Origin: Paragordius varius
Taxonomy: Eukaryota; Animalia; Nematomorpha
Reading direction: 5' to 3'
Assembly: GCA_964247055.1 (NCBI GenBank)
Contig: OZ176055.1
Coordinates: 10,044,001-10,108,000, forward strand
Length of the DNA stretch: 64,000 nucleotides
Positions 1-10,776 of the stretch are shown here, piece after piece (within the stretch, counting starts at the first letter, position 1; each line of letters begins with the position of its first letter). A program made the translations under genes and the position numbers. Under the pieces are notes generated by a model, which saw only the letters and a list, made by a program, of their open reading frames with translations, searched no databases and was not told the DNA's origin.

Positions 1-1201
1 GAATCATCGGGAAAATTAACGACAAACCCTGCTTCCTCTTTACAATGTTGACATTTGCAATTCTATAAAATGATTGATTATATTTAGACTGAAAAAACGG
101 TTTTTAAAATCAAACTTTACCATTGAAAAAACTCCCCTACCTTAATGCTATCAAACGAGCAATCCGTATTAAATTCATCACAATCATACGCTCCTTGTAA
201 TACATTTTGGGTGCTTTCGCTTTCTTGATAAGCCGTAAAATTGAAAGGAAATAGCGGAGAATAATACGATAAAAATTTTCCCCTAAATTGTTCTTTTGGC
301 ATAGCTAGGCACAGAGCGCAACGAATCGGACTTCGGGTTGGACCTTTGGGTGATTTGAAGCCCGGTTTTGCATACCGGGGTAAAGCACCACCGTGTGTTT
401 CTTTTCGCGTTCGGTTCCATACGGGATGGTTTGGCATCATTTCCATAATCTGTGTAACATGGATGGGCATAATTAAAATGACACCATATGTCCAAAAAAT
501 ACCCCTTTTGATAGAATATTATATGTTATTACTTCGTCACAGCATTTTCGGCTCACACATGCTCTTAGTTTGAGTCGCTCAAAAAATTTGCGATAATAAA
601 AGAAAAATCCATTTAGTTTTTTCCAATAACTCCTGCCCAATAACCATGGTAAAATTTCTAGTTTATGTTCAGTTTCATCCTCTTCCATAGTATTTGCCAA
701 ATATCTAATAATAATTAATCATTTCATTTGTATACAAAGCTATGAAAAAGTTTAGTTTATTGTATTCAGATCGATCCAACTCCGCTCTTTTAAAGTATGT
801 AAACACCATAGCTAATAAATACTGTGAAATGGATAATTAAGACAAATAATAAACTTTATCTGTTATCCTTAAACAGTTATCAGTGTTTAGAAAGTATGAG
901 ATTAATGGATCCTCTAAAAATATTAAATTAAACTTATACCAAGCAGTTTAAGGAACAATTGCAGTTCCCACAAGTATATTTTGACTTCGGCTACTGATTT
1001 GTAAAACGGTAATCCTTTCGGTATAATTGCGTTACAATAATGTTTGAGCAATTCTGAAAGCGATAATACTTCTTTCTTTGTATAAAACGAATCGAATAAT
1101 ACCTTAGAATCATTATTTCCCGTTACTTTTTTCTTTATATAATTTCTTTTCTTGGGTACATAACTTAATTTAGCTACTCTCATATCCGAAACAACAATCG
1201 T
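1..1201 (-). CDS. SPDYA: Speedy/RINGO family CDK activator (spliced; 3' end runs off the window)
   Basis: Manual splicing, exons 1201-940, 913-855, 821-736, 704-533, 449-141, 62-<1. All introns are GT..AG and phase-consistent (26, 33, 31, 83, 78 nt). Product contains FLKLLEDPLISYFLNTDNCLRITDKYLLAMVFTYFKRAELDRSEYNKLNFFIALYLANTMEEDETEHKLEILPWLLG...RACVSRKCCDEIMEMMPNHPVWNRTRKETHGGA, matching the Spy1 box (DKYLLAM..YFKRA, FFIALYLAN..EED, EIFPWALG, VSRRCCEE). Start (M at 1183 or further upstream) and the C-terminal exons are less certain. Confidence 0.88.
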
Positions 1202-1315
1202 CTGTTACAAAGTTTTTTAAAACTAAATCGTCTGACTTAGGCAAATTTATATTAATGTTATAGTATCATCAAAATAAGTAAATATTTATTAATCAATGTT
1301 CAACCATTTCAAAAC

Positions 1316-1489
1316 TTTTTCACAAAGTAGAATGTGATTAATTTCTTCACACATTTGGCTTTTGAAACCGCCCGGGTTTCTTATACAAATCCCACGATCT
1401 CGGTTAACTTCATTCACAATTTCAAGGATTGCTTTATTTTTGTAGAAGTAATCTCTTTTCGTTTCCATATGCAAGTTATTTCTACTCAT
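1316..1489 (-). CDS. Possible first coding exon of the Speedy gene
   Basis: ATG at 1489 opens MSRNNLHMETKRDY...LLCEK; a phase-0 GT donor at 1315 and CAG acceptor at 1202 join it in frame to the 1201-940 exon. No recognisable homology. Confidence 0.3.
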
Positions 1490-1516
1490 TATTTTAATAA
1501 GACATTCATTCTAGAA

Positions 1517-2920
1517 TCATTTAGAACAACATTTGATGTTTGTCGCTGTAATAATCATTCTTTTTAGCTTCGTCCAAATAGGTTTCAACACCCCAAGGAC
1601 ATATACCCGATAACCCTTATTGAAAATGACGTTCAAGTAAAAGGTAATGCAAACATACACATACTCTAACATGTAAGAAATGGTCCAACCATTATCAATA
1701 AATGGCGACACGAATTTATTATTGTCAAGAGCTGCTACAACGTGAAATAATCCACTGGGTAGCAAGAATAATACGAATTGCACCAAAAATATAAGCATGA
1801 AAATCCGATTTTTTTGAACATCTAAACGCCGTCTCTCCAAAATTGTGTTTTTAATGCTGCCTTCGACCGCAGTTGCATTAGTGGTAGATTTTAGTTTCAT
1901 ACTATTACTCAAACATTTTGCATTATTTTGTATCTTCTTACACTTTGGGCTAGATTCGCTATGGATCATGGAAGGACTATTTATCACATTTGCAGTGTGA
2001 CTGGTTGAATAAATAAATTTCAATGTATTTAATGCAACTTTATTTCGGCGTTTTATGATAACGATTTGCATGGCAAAAAGCGCAATGAAAGGAATGAATT
2101 TTGCTGCAAACTCTCGAGCGATCTGATAAAAGATCCATAAATTTGCTTGGCGATTGTTGAAAACACGTTGGGCCCGTTCATACTTAAGGAATATGTTGGA
2201 ATTTGTTTGTGGATTAATATTTGTGGACCAACATTTTACACTCTTTAGAGAATACCAAAGGGTCATTGGAAAACTCCAAATGATTGCATAGAAAAAGCAA
2301 GCAAGGAGAGCATATCGGGCCGTTTTATCATTACTAATCCGTTTGTAGACGTATGGCGTTACGACAGCCAAAAAATTGTCAACAGAAAACAGAAATGTAA
2401 TTAAAAAACTGTATATTAGGAAAAATTTGAATATGGGTACGTGATAATGGACAATATACACATTCCATCTCAAATTATAATGGAGTTTAAGACGCTTAGA
2501 CATATTGTGATCTATAATGGGCCAAATCAACATTAAGAATGTGTTTATGAGATTTACGCTATAAAGCGCTCGAACTAAAACATAATCAGCCCTTGTAGTT
2601 AGCAAACGCAAAGATCTCGTATGCTCACGAGCACTGTGGGTACTTGAATGTCTCAAACCAAAAATTTTGTTTAGAGGTTGACGCATAAATCTATAGATGT
2701 ATGTGTTTCGACCATACAGCTGTAAATTTATGAATAGACCTAGAAGATTACCTAATATGCCCAATCCAATTATTAGGGGTATAAGGTAATTATAAATAAA
2801 ATGGGATAAGGGGGTCAATACGCTGATATCCCCACAAAAGGGCAAATTCTCTCCAGATGAACCATTGGAATTCCAATAAAAACGAGTTAAATTGGTGGAT
2901 TGAAGATTTGAGTTTAGCAT
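1517..2920 (-). CDS. Orphan class A (rhodopsin-like) 7TM GPCR, FMRFamide/peptide-receptor-like, single exon
   Basis: 467-aa ORF with seven hydrophobic segments; TM1 GxxGN (LGILGNLLG), TM3 end SVDNFLAV, TM5 YQIAREFAAKFIPF, TM6 QFVLFLLP, TM7/helix 8 FYLNVIFNKGYR; clear paralog of 6034-7497. Confidence 0.85.
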   Translation of the reverse strand: MLNSNLQSTNLTRFYWNSNGSSGENLPFCGDISVLTPLSHFIYNYLIPLIIGLGILGNLLGLFINLQLYGRNTYIYRFMRQPLNKIFGLRHSSTHSAREHTRSLRLLTTRADYVLVRALYSVNLINTFLMLIWPIIDHNMSKRLKLHYNLRWNVYIVHYHVPIFKFFLIYSFLITFLFSVDNFLAVVTPYVYKRISNDKTARYALLACFFYAIIWSFPMTLWYSLKSVKCWSTNINPQTNSNIFLKYERAQRVFNNRQANLWIFYQIAREFAAKFIPFIALFAMQIVIIKRRNKVALNTLKFIYSTSHTANVINSPSMIHSESSPKCKKIQNNAKCLSNSMKLKSTTNATAVEGSIKNTILERRRLDVQKNRIFMLIFLVQFVLFLLPSGLFHVVAALDNNKFVSPFIDNGWTISYMLEYVYVCITFYLNVIFNKGYRVYVLGVLKPIWTKLKRMIITATNIKCCSK

Positions 2921-4368
2921 AATAAGATTTTAGTTTTTAGGCTTTTTTAGGCAACTGTATTATATGCAGATACGTTTGCAGTAGAGAAAAGATTGATAAT
3001 TAATTTGGGAATAAATATGCGATACAATGGCAATTAAAACGTAAAAAACCCAATAGTATATAGGTATCTTTTTGTTTTTTTTTTATTAATTAAAAGCAAA
3101 GGTTTGTTGGTTTGGTAAATTTTCATTTCGCATTTATAATTATTCTAGCATTTATCGATTTTGTCATTAATATATGGATCTTAATTTATCATTTATACCT
3201 TTTTATAAATATTTGTTTGTAAGCTGATGAAGCCAGCCAGCATTTATATATCTTAGTTCCAAAATTTAAAAGGATTAGTTTAGAATTTTAATACCTAAAT
3301 TTTATCCTCATAATATAGTGTTTAATTGATAAGATTTATTTTTTTACTAATTTTTACTACTATATAAATTACCTTAACATTTTGCTTTGTAATTTAGGTG
3401 ATTTTAAGTTATTAAGGTTAAATTTTCATTTAAAAATATAGTTTATATCATCACACTAATAAATTCTTTAAAAAAAAGTTTTTCAACACATGAAAACCTT
3501 ACTGCTGAAAATATAAATTAGTCAATTAAATACTATAATCATAATGAAATTTATAAATAGCAAATATACTACTAATGCATATTTCATTATAATTAAATAA
3601 AAACAGTGAAAATTTAATAAACAAGTAAAAAAATGATATATAGAAATTAAAATTGATTTTTTCTGCCTGCAGAAACGGTAAATAGTTGATCAAGTTGAAT
3701 TAATTACTAATGTCTATTTTGAAAAAAATATCTCTTTTGGATTTCTAAAAACAGTGCCGTGAAGTGGATTGAATTACGCGACTGCCTAAACCAAAGATAG
3801 AATTCAGAAAATGATGGCCAAATCAGATTACATAATCTCATGTTAATAATTACATACTTCTATTGCAAAATCTAAAAACAATTTAACATGCACAAATATG
3901 CATTTTAGATAATTTAACTTTCTAAAATCGCTATCTTTTTAATCCGGATATTATCATTTATTTTGCATATTAAATTCTATCCGAATATAAATATATATAT
4001 TATTGATTATACGGTTTCTAACAAATCATTTTATATCCGCGAAATTATGTTAATTGACCTCGCTTTGACAGAATCGAGACAATGATTTTTAAATCCTTAC
4101 AGAAGAAAGTCAGATGGAATTGAAGTGGGAATAAACAAATTTCAGAATATTGATTTACTATGTTTATTTTGTAAAAGGGGAGATGGAGTATCAAAATAGA
4201 GGCATAGCTAAGAGGGATGCACTGGACTCGACGGATTTTAAAATTTTTTAATTTGTCATGGAAAAATGTACATGTTTTGAAAAACACAGATAGGTCAGTA
4301 ATGAAACCCCAAAACTTGAGTTTAAATTTCACAATTTTTGAACATTCCTGACCCATATATGTGTTATA

Positions 4369-4624
4369 CAGTAAAAACGGAAATTAAACTAAAAAACGTA
4401 ATAATATGAAGAAATATTTTTATCTAAAAGACCATCATACTTTTCATATGAGATTTTTAGTTACAATTATAAAATATAGATTTGATTGTGTTAGTAATAT
4501 ATATTTCTTTTTCATACTTTGCCATTTAAAACAATGAGTTATATTAAAATAAATCAAGATTTAAAAAGTATGGTTGTCTTTTGCAAAAAATATTTGTTCC
4601 ATAGTATAATTTCATTTTTTTCTG
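4369..4624. mobile_element. Tc1/mariner-type MITE (abundant CAGTAAAAA family)
   Basis: TA|CAGTAAAAA start; degenerate ...TTCTGTA end; internal AAAGACCATCATACTTTT arm and inverted AAAAAGTATGGTTGTCTTT arm. Confidence 0.6.
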
Positions 4625-6033
4625 TACTTTTTTACCACCGATGACGGTTTATTTTATCTTTTTTTTTCAATCAATGCTTTTCATAGGGAAAAGAGCCGAA
4701 CACATACGGGCTAATTAAAAATGTGGCTTGACTATGATCAGTATACGCAATACAGATATTGTATAAATGGCTATAATTGAATATTTATAAACCACCTACC
4801 TGATTTATCGAAAGTTTTTTTTGTGTGAAAACGTTCTTTACATAGGTGAGGTTATACCTACGGCGCTTTTAAGAAAATTCGCTTTGCACTGCAATCTGCG
4901 TGCCTCAAGAAAAATACTTAAAACCATTAACATTTATTTTTCAAAACATTTCTTCCATGATATATTTTTTATGTTTGGCTTTTGTAAAAAAGCTTAATTT
5001 TTCAGGCGTGTTGGAATAATTAACATAAAAGTTAAAGTTTGACTTTGATTAAGGCATGCATAAATAAAAAAGATGTAAATTTAGACTACAACTTTTCCGA
5101 ACAAATAGTTCACAATTAACATTTACAAAGCTATTAATTAATATGCCAAATTTACTTGCATACAACGACCAAGATGAAACTTCCTTTCTTCTTAGAATTG
5201 TTCAAAATTTGGCTAAGCTTCTGGTTAATTTGGGTCAGTTGCGTTTTGAAAAAATTTAATATTTTCAATTTATATTTATGTTTAATAGGTTTATAACTTT
5301 TGGATTTTAATTAAAACTCCTACTATGTTTAACAGATAATCCATAGATCAAATTACATATTAATATGTATGGCCTAAGTAGCTATAAAAAGTGTTTGGAT
5401 ATCATATTCCCTTTGACTATTTCTGGTAATGGACACAATTTCAAAAGTCTTAGATCAATAGTTCCCAACTATTTTTGTTGATGCCACAACAAATTGAAAA
5501 AAATTCTTGCCCTCTCCCTTCTCTCAAAAAAATAAAGAATGCAAAATTGATTTCAATATAATATAATAATTGAAATCCTTGTTGTTGAATTTTTTCCATA
5601 TCAGGGGTGAATATTGATAATTTATACTTTATATCCTCATTAACCTTTGTTTCTAGTTAATTTTTTATTAAATTCTTTAAATTGCCCTCCTAAATTTTTA
5701 TATTTTTTGGGAACGATAGTCTTAAATTATTTACGGTATAAATTCGGTTGATGTTGATCAAACTAGAGATTAAATTTTTAGGCTAACCATTTTGCATATT
5801 AATCTCAATATTACAAAACTGTTTAATGTAATTAAAAGAATTAATTAAATTAGTCCGTTTTTATATTTATAACATTATTGTTGAGCTCATGGTGTGACAT
5901 TAAATTTGTTGTCCATTTTTTATATGTAGAAATTGAGTAGATGTATTTAATTTTTAACAAGATCTGGGAACATTTTATATAGAAAAAGGTTAAGATCTCC
6001 ATTAAATGCCAGAATACATTATAAATGACTATA

Positions 6034-7497
6034 TTATAAAGATTTATTATTGGACAAATTGGTTTTAGTTTTGTCATTAACATTTTTACATGTTACGACA
6101 TTCCACCAACTTGTGATGGCGTGTAAAACGTGAGCCCTATAAGCCTTGTTGAATAAAACATTCAAGTAAAAAGTTATACAAATATACACATATTCAAGCA
6201 TGTAAGAGATGAGCCAAGCGCTGTGTAAATAAGCTACGGACAGCTTATCGTGTAGTATGGCGGCCACAATGTGGAAAATACCGCTAGGTAAAAGGAATAA
6301 TAGGAATTGCACCATAAAAATTAGCATTGAAATGCGATTCTTCTTTATGTCTGAACGACGCTTTTCCATTAACGTATTACTGACACTAAAGCCCGAAGTG
6401 TTTATGCGTGAGCCCTCTTCACCTTCTGTTTTAGAGCGTTCGTTTGCATTACTAATCTCTGGTGGTGGTTTAGTTTGAAACAATTCGCTACGTTCTTGAG
6501 TTTTAGTAGAGGGTTGTACTTTAGTTTTTATCGCTGTATTTATGGTTGGTAATGTGTTGTTAATGTTATTCATGTTTGCACCAGTCGAAAATATTTGATG
6601 ACGGCGTCTGAGAACCATAAATTGCATAACTATAAGCGTAAAAAATGGAATAAATTTGGCACAAAACTCACGGACGATTTGATAACTGATCCACATGTTA
6701 GTTTGCCGAACGGTATCAAATGTACGCGGTAATCTTTCATACCTAACGTATGAATTATTATGCGTGGCTGGATTCAATCTTTTCCTTAGGCACTCTACAC
6801 CAACTAGCTTATACCACAGTGTCATAGGGATGCTCCAAGCACAAGCATACACGAAACAAGCTAGTAGAGCGTATCGAGCGGTCCGTACATTACTAAACTT
6901 TTTATACTTGTAGGGCGTTATGACGGCCAAAAAGGTATCAACCGAAAATAGGAATGTTATGAGAAAACTGTACACCAAGAAAACTTTGAATATGGGCACA
7001 TGGTAATGAACAATATAAATGTTCCATCGTTTGTTGTAGGCCAAATTAAGCTTGGCATCAAATGTGGTGTCAAGCAGGGGCCAAACTATCATAAGTAGCG
7101 AATTGATAAGATTTATAGTGTACAGAGCTCTCATAAGTACATAATCAGCTCTTTGGGTTAACATATGCATCGTTTTTTTCCGATTTGTATCGGATGATGT
7201 ATTCTTAGAGCTGTTTTTATTCTTTGGGTCACTAAAATTTTTAGTTTTTCCTGTGAGTTGTCGATACAAAATCCGATATTTTGGCAGAAATCTACGTTTT
7301 CCCCAGCTAAGATTAACGCAAAGGCCCAAAAAATTACCCAATAAGCCCAAAACGATGATAAAAGGTATCAGATAAAAATAGGTTAGATTCGTCAACTTTG
7401 TCCGAAATTCTAGTTCACGACAAAATGGTAAACCTGAATTTGAGTTGGAATTATTGTGAGACCAGACCAGTTTTTTAACTGTAATATATTCGCCCAT
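6034..7497 (-). CDS. Orphan class A 7TM GPCR, paralog of 1517-2920, single exon
   Basis: ORF-track start at 7503 is TTG; first ATG is 7497. Same motifs as the paralog (LPFC, GLLGNFLG, RADYVL, RWNIYIVHYHVPIFK, SVDTFLAV, KFIPF, MLEYVYICITFYLN). Confidence 0.85.
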   Translation of the reverse strand: MGEYITVKKLVWSHNNSNSNSGLPFCRELEFRTKLTNLTYFYLIPFIIVLGLLGNFLGLCVNLSWGKRRFLPKYRILYRQLTGKTKNFSDPKNKNSSKNTSSDTNRKKTMHMLTQRADYVLMRALYTINLINSLLMIVWPLLDTTFDAKLNLAYNKRWNIYIVHYHVPIFKVFLVYSFLITFLFSVDTFLAVITPYKYKKFSNVRTARYALLACFVYACAWSIPMTLWYKLVGVECLRKRLNPATHNNSYVRYERLPRTFDTVRQTNMWISYQIVREFCAKFIPFFTLIVMQFMVLRRRHQIFSTGANMNNINNTLPTINTAIKTKVQPSTKTQERSELFQTKPPPEISNANERSKTEGEEGSRINTSGFSVSNTLMEKRRSDIKKNRISMLIFMVQFLLFLLPSGIFHIVAAILHDKLSVAYLHSAWLISYMLEYVYICITFYLNVLFNKAYRAHVLHAITSWWNVVTCKNVNDKTKTNLSNNKSL

Positions 7498-9808
7498 ATG
7501 CAATGATATTGGGGAGAAAGAATGATAATAACTTTAAAAAATTATTTATTTCCTACTAAAATAAAAAAGATGGGTAGTTTAGCCAAAAATTATCCAATTA
7601 TGTTAAGATACACATTAATTATAATGATGTAAATGATTTATTTAATAAAATAATAATATAATTAGCTATAATTGCATGTTTTATAATGATAATTTTAATT
7701 CAAAATAATTGTATACGAGATATTGATTTTGGATTTTCACCTGTGTAAGTACCGCGTATGTATTTTTACATTTTTAATTTTGAAAGGGATTAATTGTTAT
7801 TTTTTGGCTTCTCTCTTTCAAGCAGTTAATTTGGGAATTCGTTAATAAGGTTTAATAGCAAATACATTTAAAGTTTTTATCCATAAAAAAATTATTTTCT
7901 ATCAAAAAACTACATCTAATTAAAGTCTATTAACAACAGAATAACTTATAAATTTGGATATTGCGTGTAATATATAAATAAAGTATTTTGCCAAATATTG
8001 TTCAAAAGGCATATATGCCGCTGCATTTTAAAACAAATTTATCTCATTTGGATAAATATTATGTAATTGTTTAATTATTTTAATATCATCAATAATATTA
8101 TCCCTTTTCTGTAATATGAGAATCTCTTCACTATGTAACAAAAGGTAAATTTATTTATATGAAAGCAGAAACCATAATCCTAATAATGACTAATAATATG
8201 ATAACATTTCTATCAAAAAATATACCGTGTAAAATGAAATTATACGGAGAAAGCGTAAAATATACAGAAAAATATTTTTTTTTCAAATAAAAACCATAGT
8301 TGTTAGTGTTAATTTTCAGTTTATTTTCAAATTTTAAGTTGGAATTTCATGAATGTCAATTAACTTTAATTTAAATTCGTATAAACAACTGCATTTATAC
8401 CAAAATTGCAAAGGTGGATATATATATACGAAATTAAAATGTGAAAACCCCAAGTAGTCAAATGGTTGTGTCGTACTAATGAGTACTAACAAGCACGAAA
8501 CTAGTTTATGATTACTATTGACGAAACGGTTTTACATAATATTTATAATTTCTGTTAATAAATATAATTTTTAATTTTCTAATTAATATTCGTTTGTCAT
8601 TTTTTTACGGATTTAACAAACGTTATTACAAAACATAATCAATCAGTCATTTACCATTTCAAATTTATTAAATTTAAATGATTGTTTAACATTATATTCA
8701 ATAGAGGTGTCTATTGTACATTCAATTACACTAGACAACAAATTTTATTTTTCTTAAACTGCCATTCTTATAAATTTAAAATTTATTTCATAAAATTCAC
8801 AAATACCATATCTGAAAATAAAATTGGTCCAACTAGCCATGTATTATATATCGATCGAAAGAGGGCGAAAAACTGTATCTGTCGAATGGTAGTTTGTCAT
8901 ATCTGATATAAAAGTTTTTGGATTTATATGGTGAAAATTTTCAACCCTTAAATAAGTCAAATTTGACAGACAAACTAATTTAAAAATAATATAAGTTAAT
9001 TGGATAATTTATTGGGGTATTATTATAAAATTAATAAAAAAAATCTTTAAAAAAACTTTTGGTTTTTTAATTAAAATTATTATTAGAATTATGCATAGTG
9101 AATTTAATGGTTATAACAGATCAAGAATATCTTAACCTATATTTTTATTCTTTAAAATTTTAAAATTATAAGCTTTTTAAAAAATTAAATTAATATTGAT
9201 GAGATGGTAATTTTTAAAAATCGAAAAACTTAAAAATGGCTGTTTTTAATGACATAAAAGCAATAAATAAATGTTTTAATCAACTTCTTTGATCTTTTTT
9301 GGACATTCATTGCCATCTAGACAAAGTTTGAGCTATTTTTATCCATTAGTATAATAATATATTAACTAATAAAAAAGCTCTCACTTCGCGCGTTTGTCGC
9401 TTATTATTATATTCAATATTAACTATTGATGTAAAACATATTAGTATGCATTTTATAGAGATTTTTAATACTCTTTTAAATTATATATTTGGGCATTTGT
9501 TGTATATTTATAAAGGAAAACATTTTTTAGTAAAATTAATGAGGGCGCATAATCAAAAAATCAAATTATACTCTTAAAATGATAGTTAATATCAGAAAAT
9601 GCAAAAATTGTAATAGTTAAAAACAAAACAAAAAAGTTTAAGGGACTTGATATCTTCAAGCACCAACTTGAAGTGTTAAACGACACATTAGAAATGCTAT
9701 TGGACATCCAAATATTATTAAATTTAAAAAATATAATCATAAATGTACCCCTATTTTGCGTTTTCGCAATTACAATGACATAACTACCGCACAAATATAT
9801 TTATTATA

Positions 9809-10093
9809 CAGTAAAAACTCAAATTATAGGGACAAAACGTAAAAATATAAAGACAATTATTTTCTACTAAAAGACAACCACCATACTTTTTAAATATAAA
9901 TTTTTTTCTATATATATTTCGTTACAATTATTATAAATATATACAGGAACGTGTTACCAATTTATATATATACATATATCTATATATAAATAAATTATAA
10001 TTTTAATTCGAGATAAAAAGGTTTTCTGTTTTTTAGAAAAAAATATTTGTCTTTATATTTTAACGTTTTGTCCGTATAATTTTAATTTTTACT
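9809..10093. mobile_element. Tc1/mariner-type MITE (CAGTAAAAA family)
   Basis: TA|CAGTAAAAACTCAAATTATAGGGACAAAACGTAAAAATATAAAGACA... with the inverted arm ...TGTCTTTATATTTTAACGTTTTGTCCGTATAATTTTAATTTTTACT, followed by (TA)n. Confidence 0.75.
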
Positions 10094-10776
10094 ATATATA
10101 TATATATATATATATTAGCATATCAATTCAAAATAAAGCTTTATTACAGGGGCGTCCAACACAAATATCTTCGCGGCTGCTTTACACAACAATTTTTGTT
10201 CTATTTTAAGCTCAATTTCGGATAATATATCATCTAAATAATCTTAATTTTTGATTGAAATTTAATTTAATATATTTAACATTTTTTGGGGCATTTTGAA
10301 TACCGAAAAAAGTGGACACTGGTTTAAAAAATATGGATATCCTTATATAAAAATATTTGCCATAAGTTTTTACGTTTTTTCTATAATTTTAATTTTTAAG
10401 AAAGGTGCAATCAACACAAGATAGTTTTGGTTTTAATTTATAAATCTTGCCAATAACTTTGATATCAATTGCAAAAAATATTAGTGTTCTAAAAAATAAA
10501 GGGTATCGGAATCGCTATCTGCTCTAATTAATCTTTGACAAGACACGAAAAATAGATTGTAAAACATAACATCATCATATCTCAATATATTATATATGAT
10601 TAAATTATTTATTTTTTTGTATGATATAGTGACCCCATTTTTGGGGGTTAATGATGGATAATAAAACATTAATTAAATAATGGTTATAACAAAATTATTT
10701 TAAAAATAAGAATTTTTAGTGAGAGAGCTCTATTGGAATTATAGGAAAAGGATAAAATGTGTTTTATTATTAGATG

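Noticed and set aside
503-532. Alternative 53-nt Speedy intron (donor at 502)
   Set aside because: The donor at 532 gives CCDE/IMEM, matching the family alignment without a 10-aa insertion.
4045-5990. Short ORFs between the GPCRs, and similar 60-100 aa ORFs at 8.6-10.7 kb, 28.7-29.9 kb and 55.8-58.5 kb
   Set aside because: AT-rich chance frames or MITE-derived; no motifs or splice support.
7260-7310. In-frame 45-nt intron explaining the long GPCR ICL1
   Set aside because: Base composition is coding-like and the other paralog also has a long open loop.
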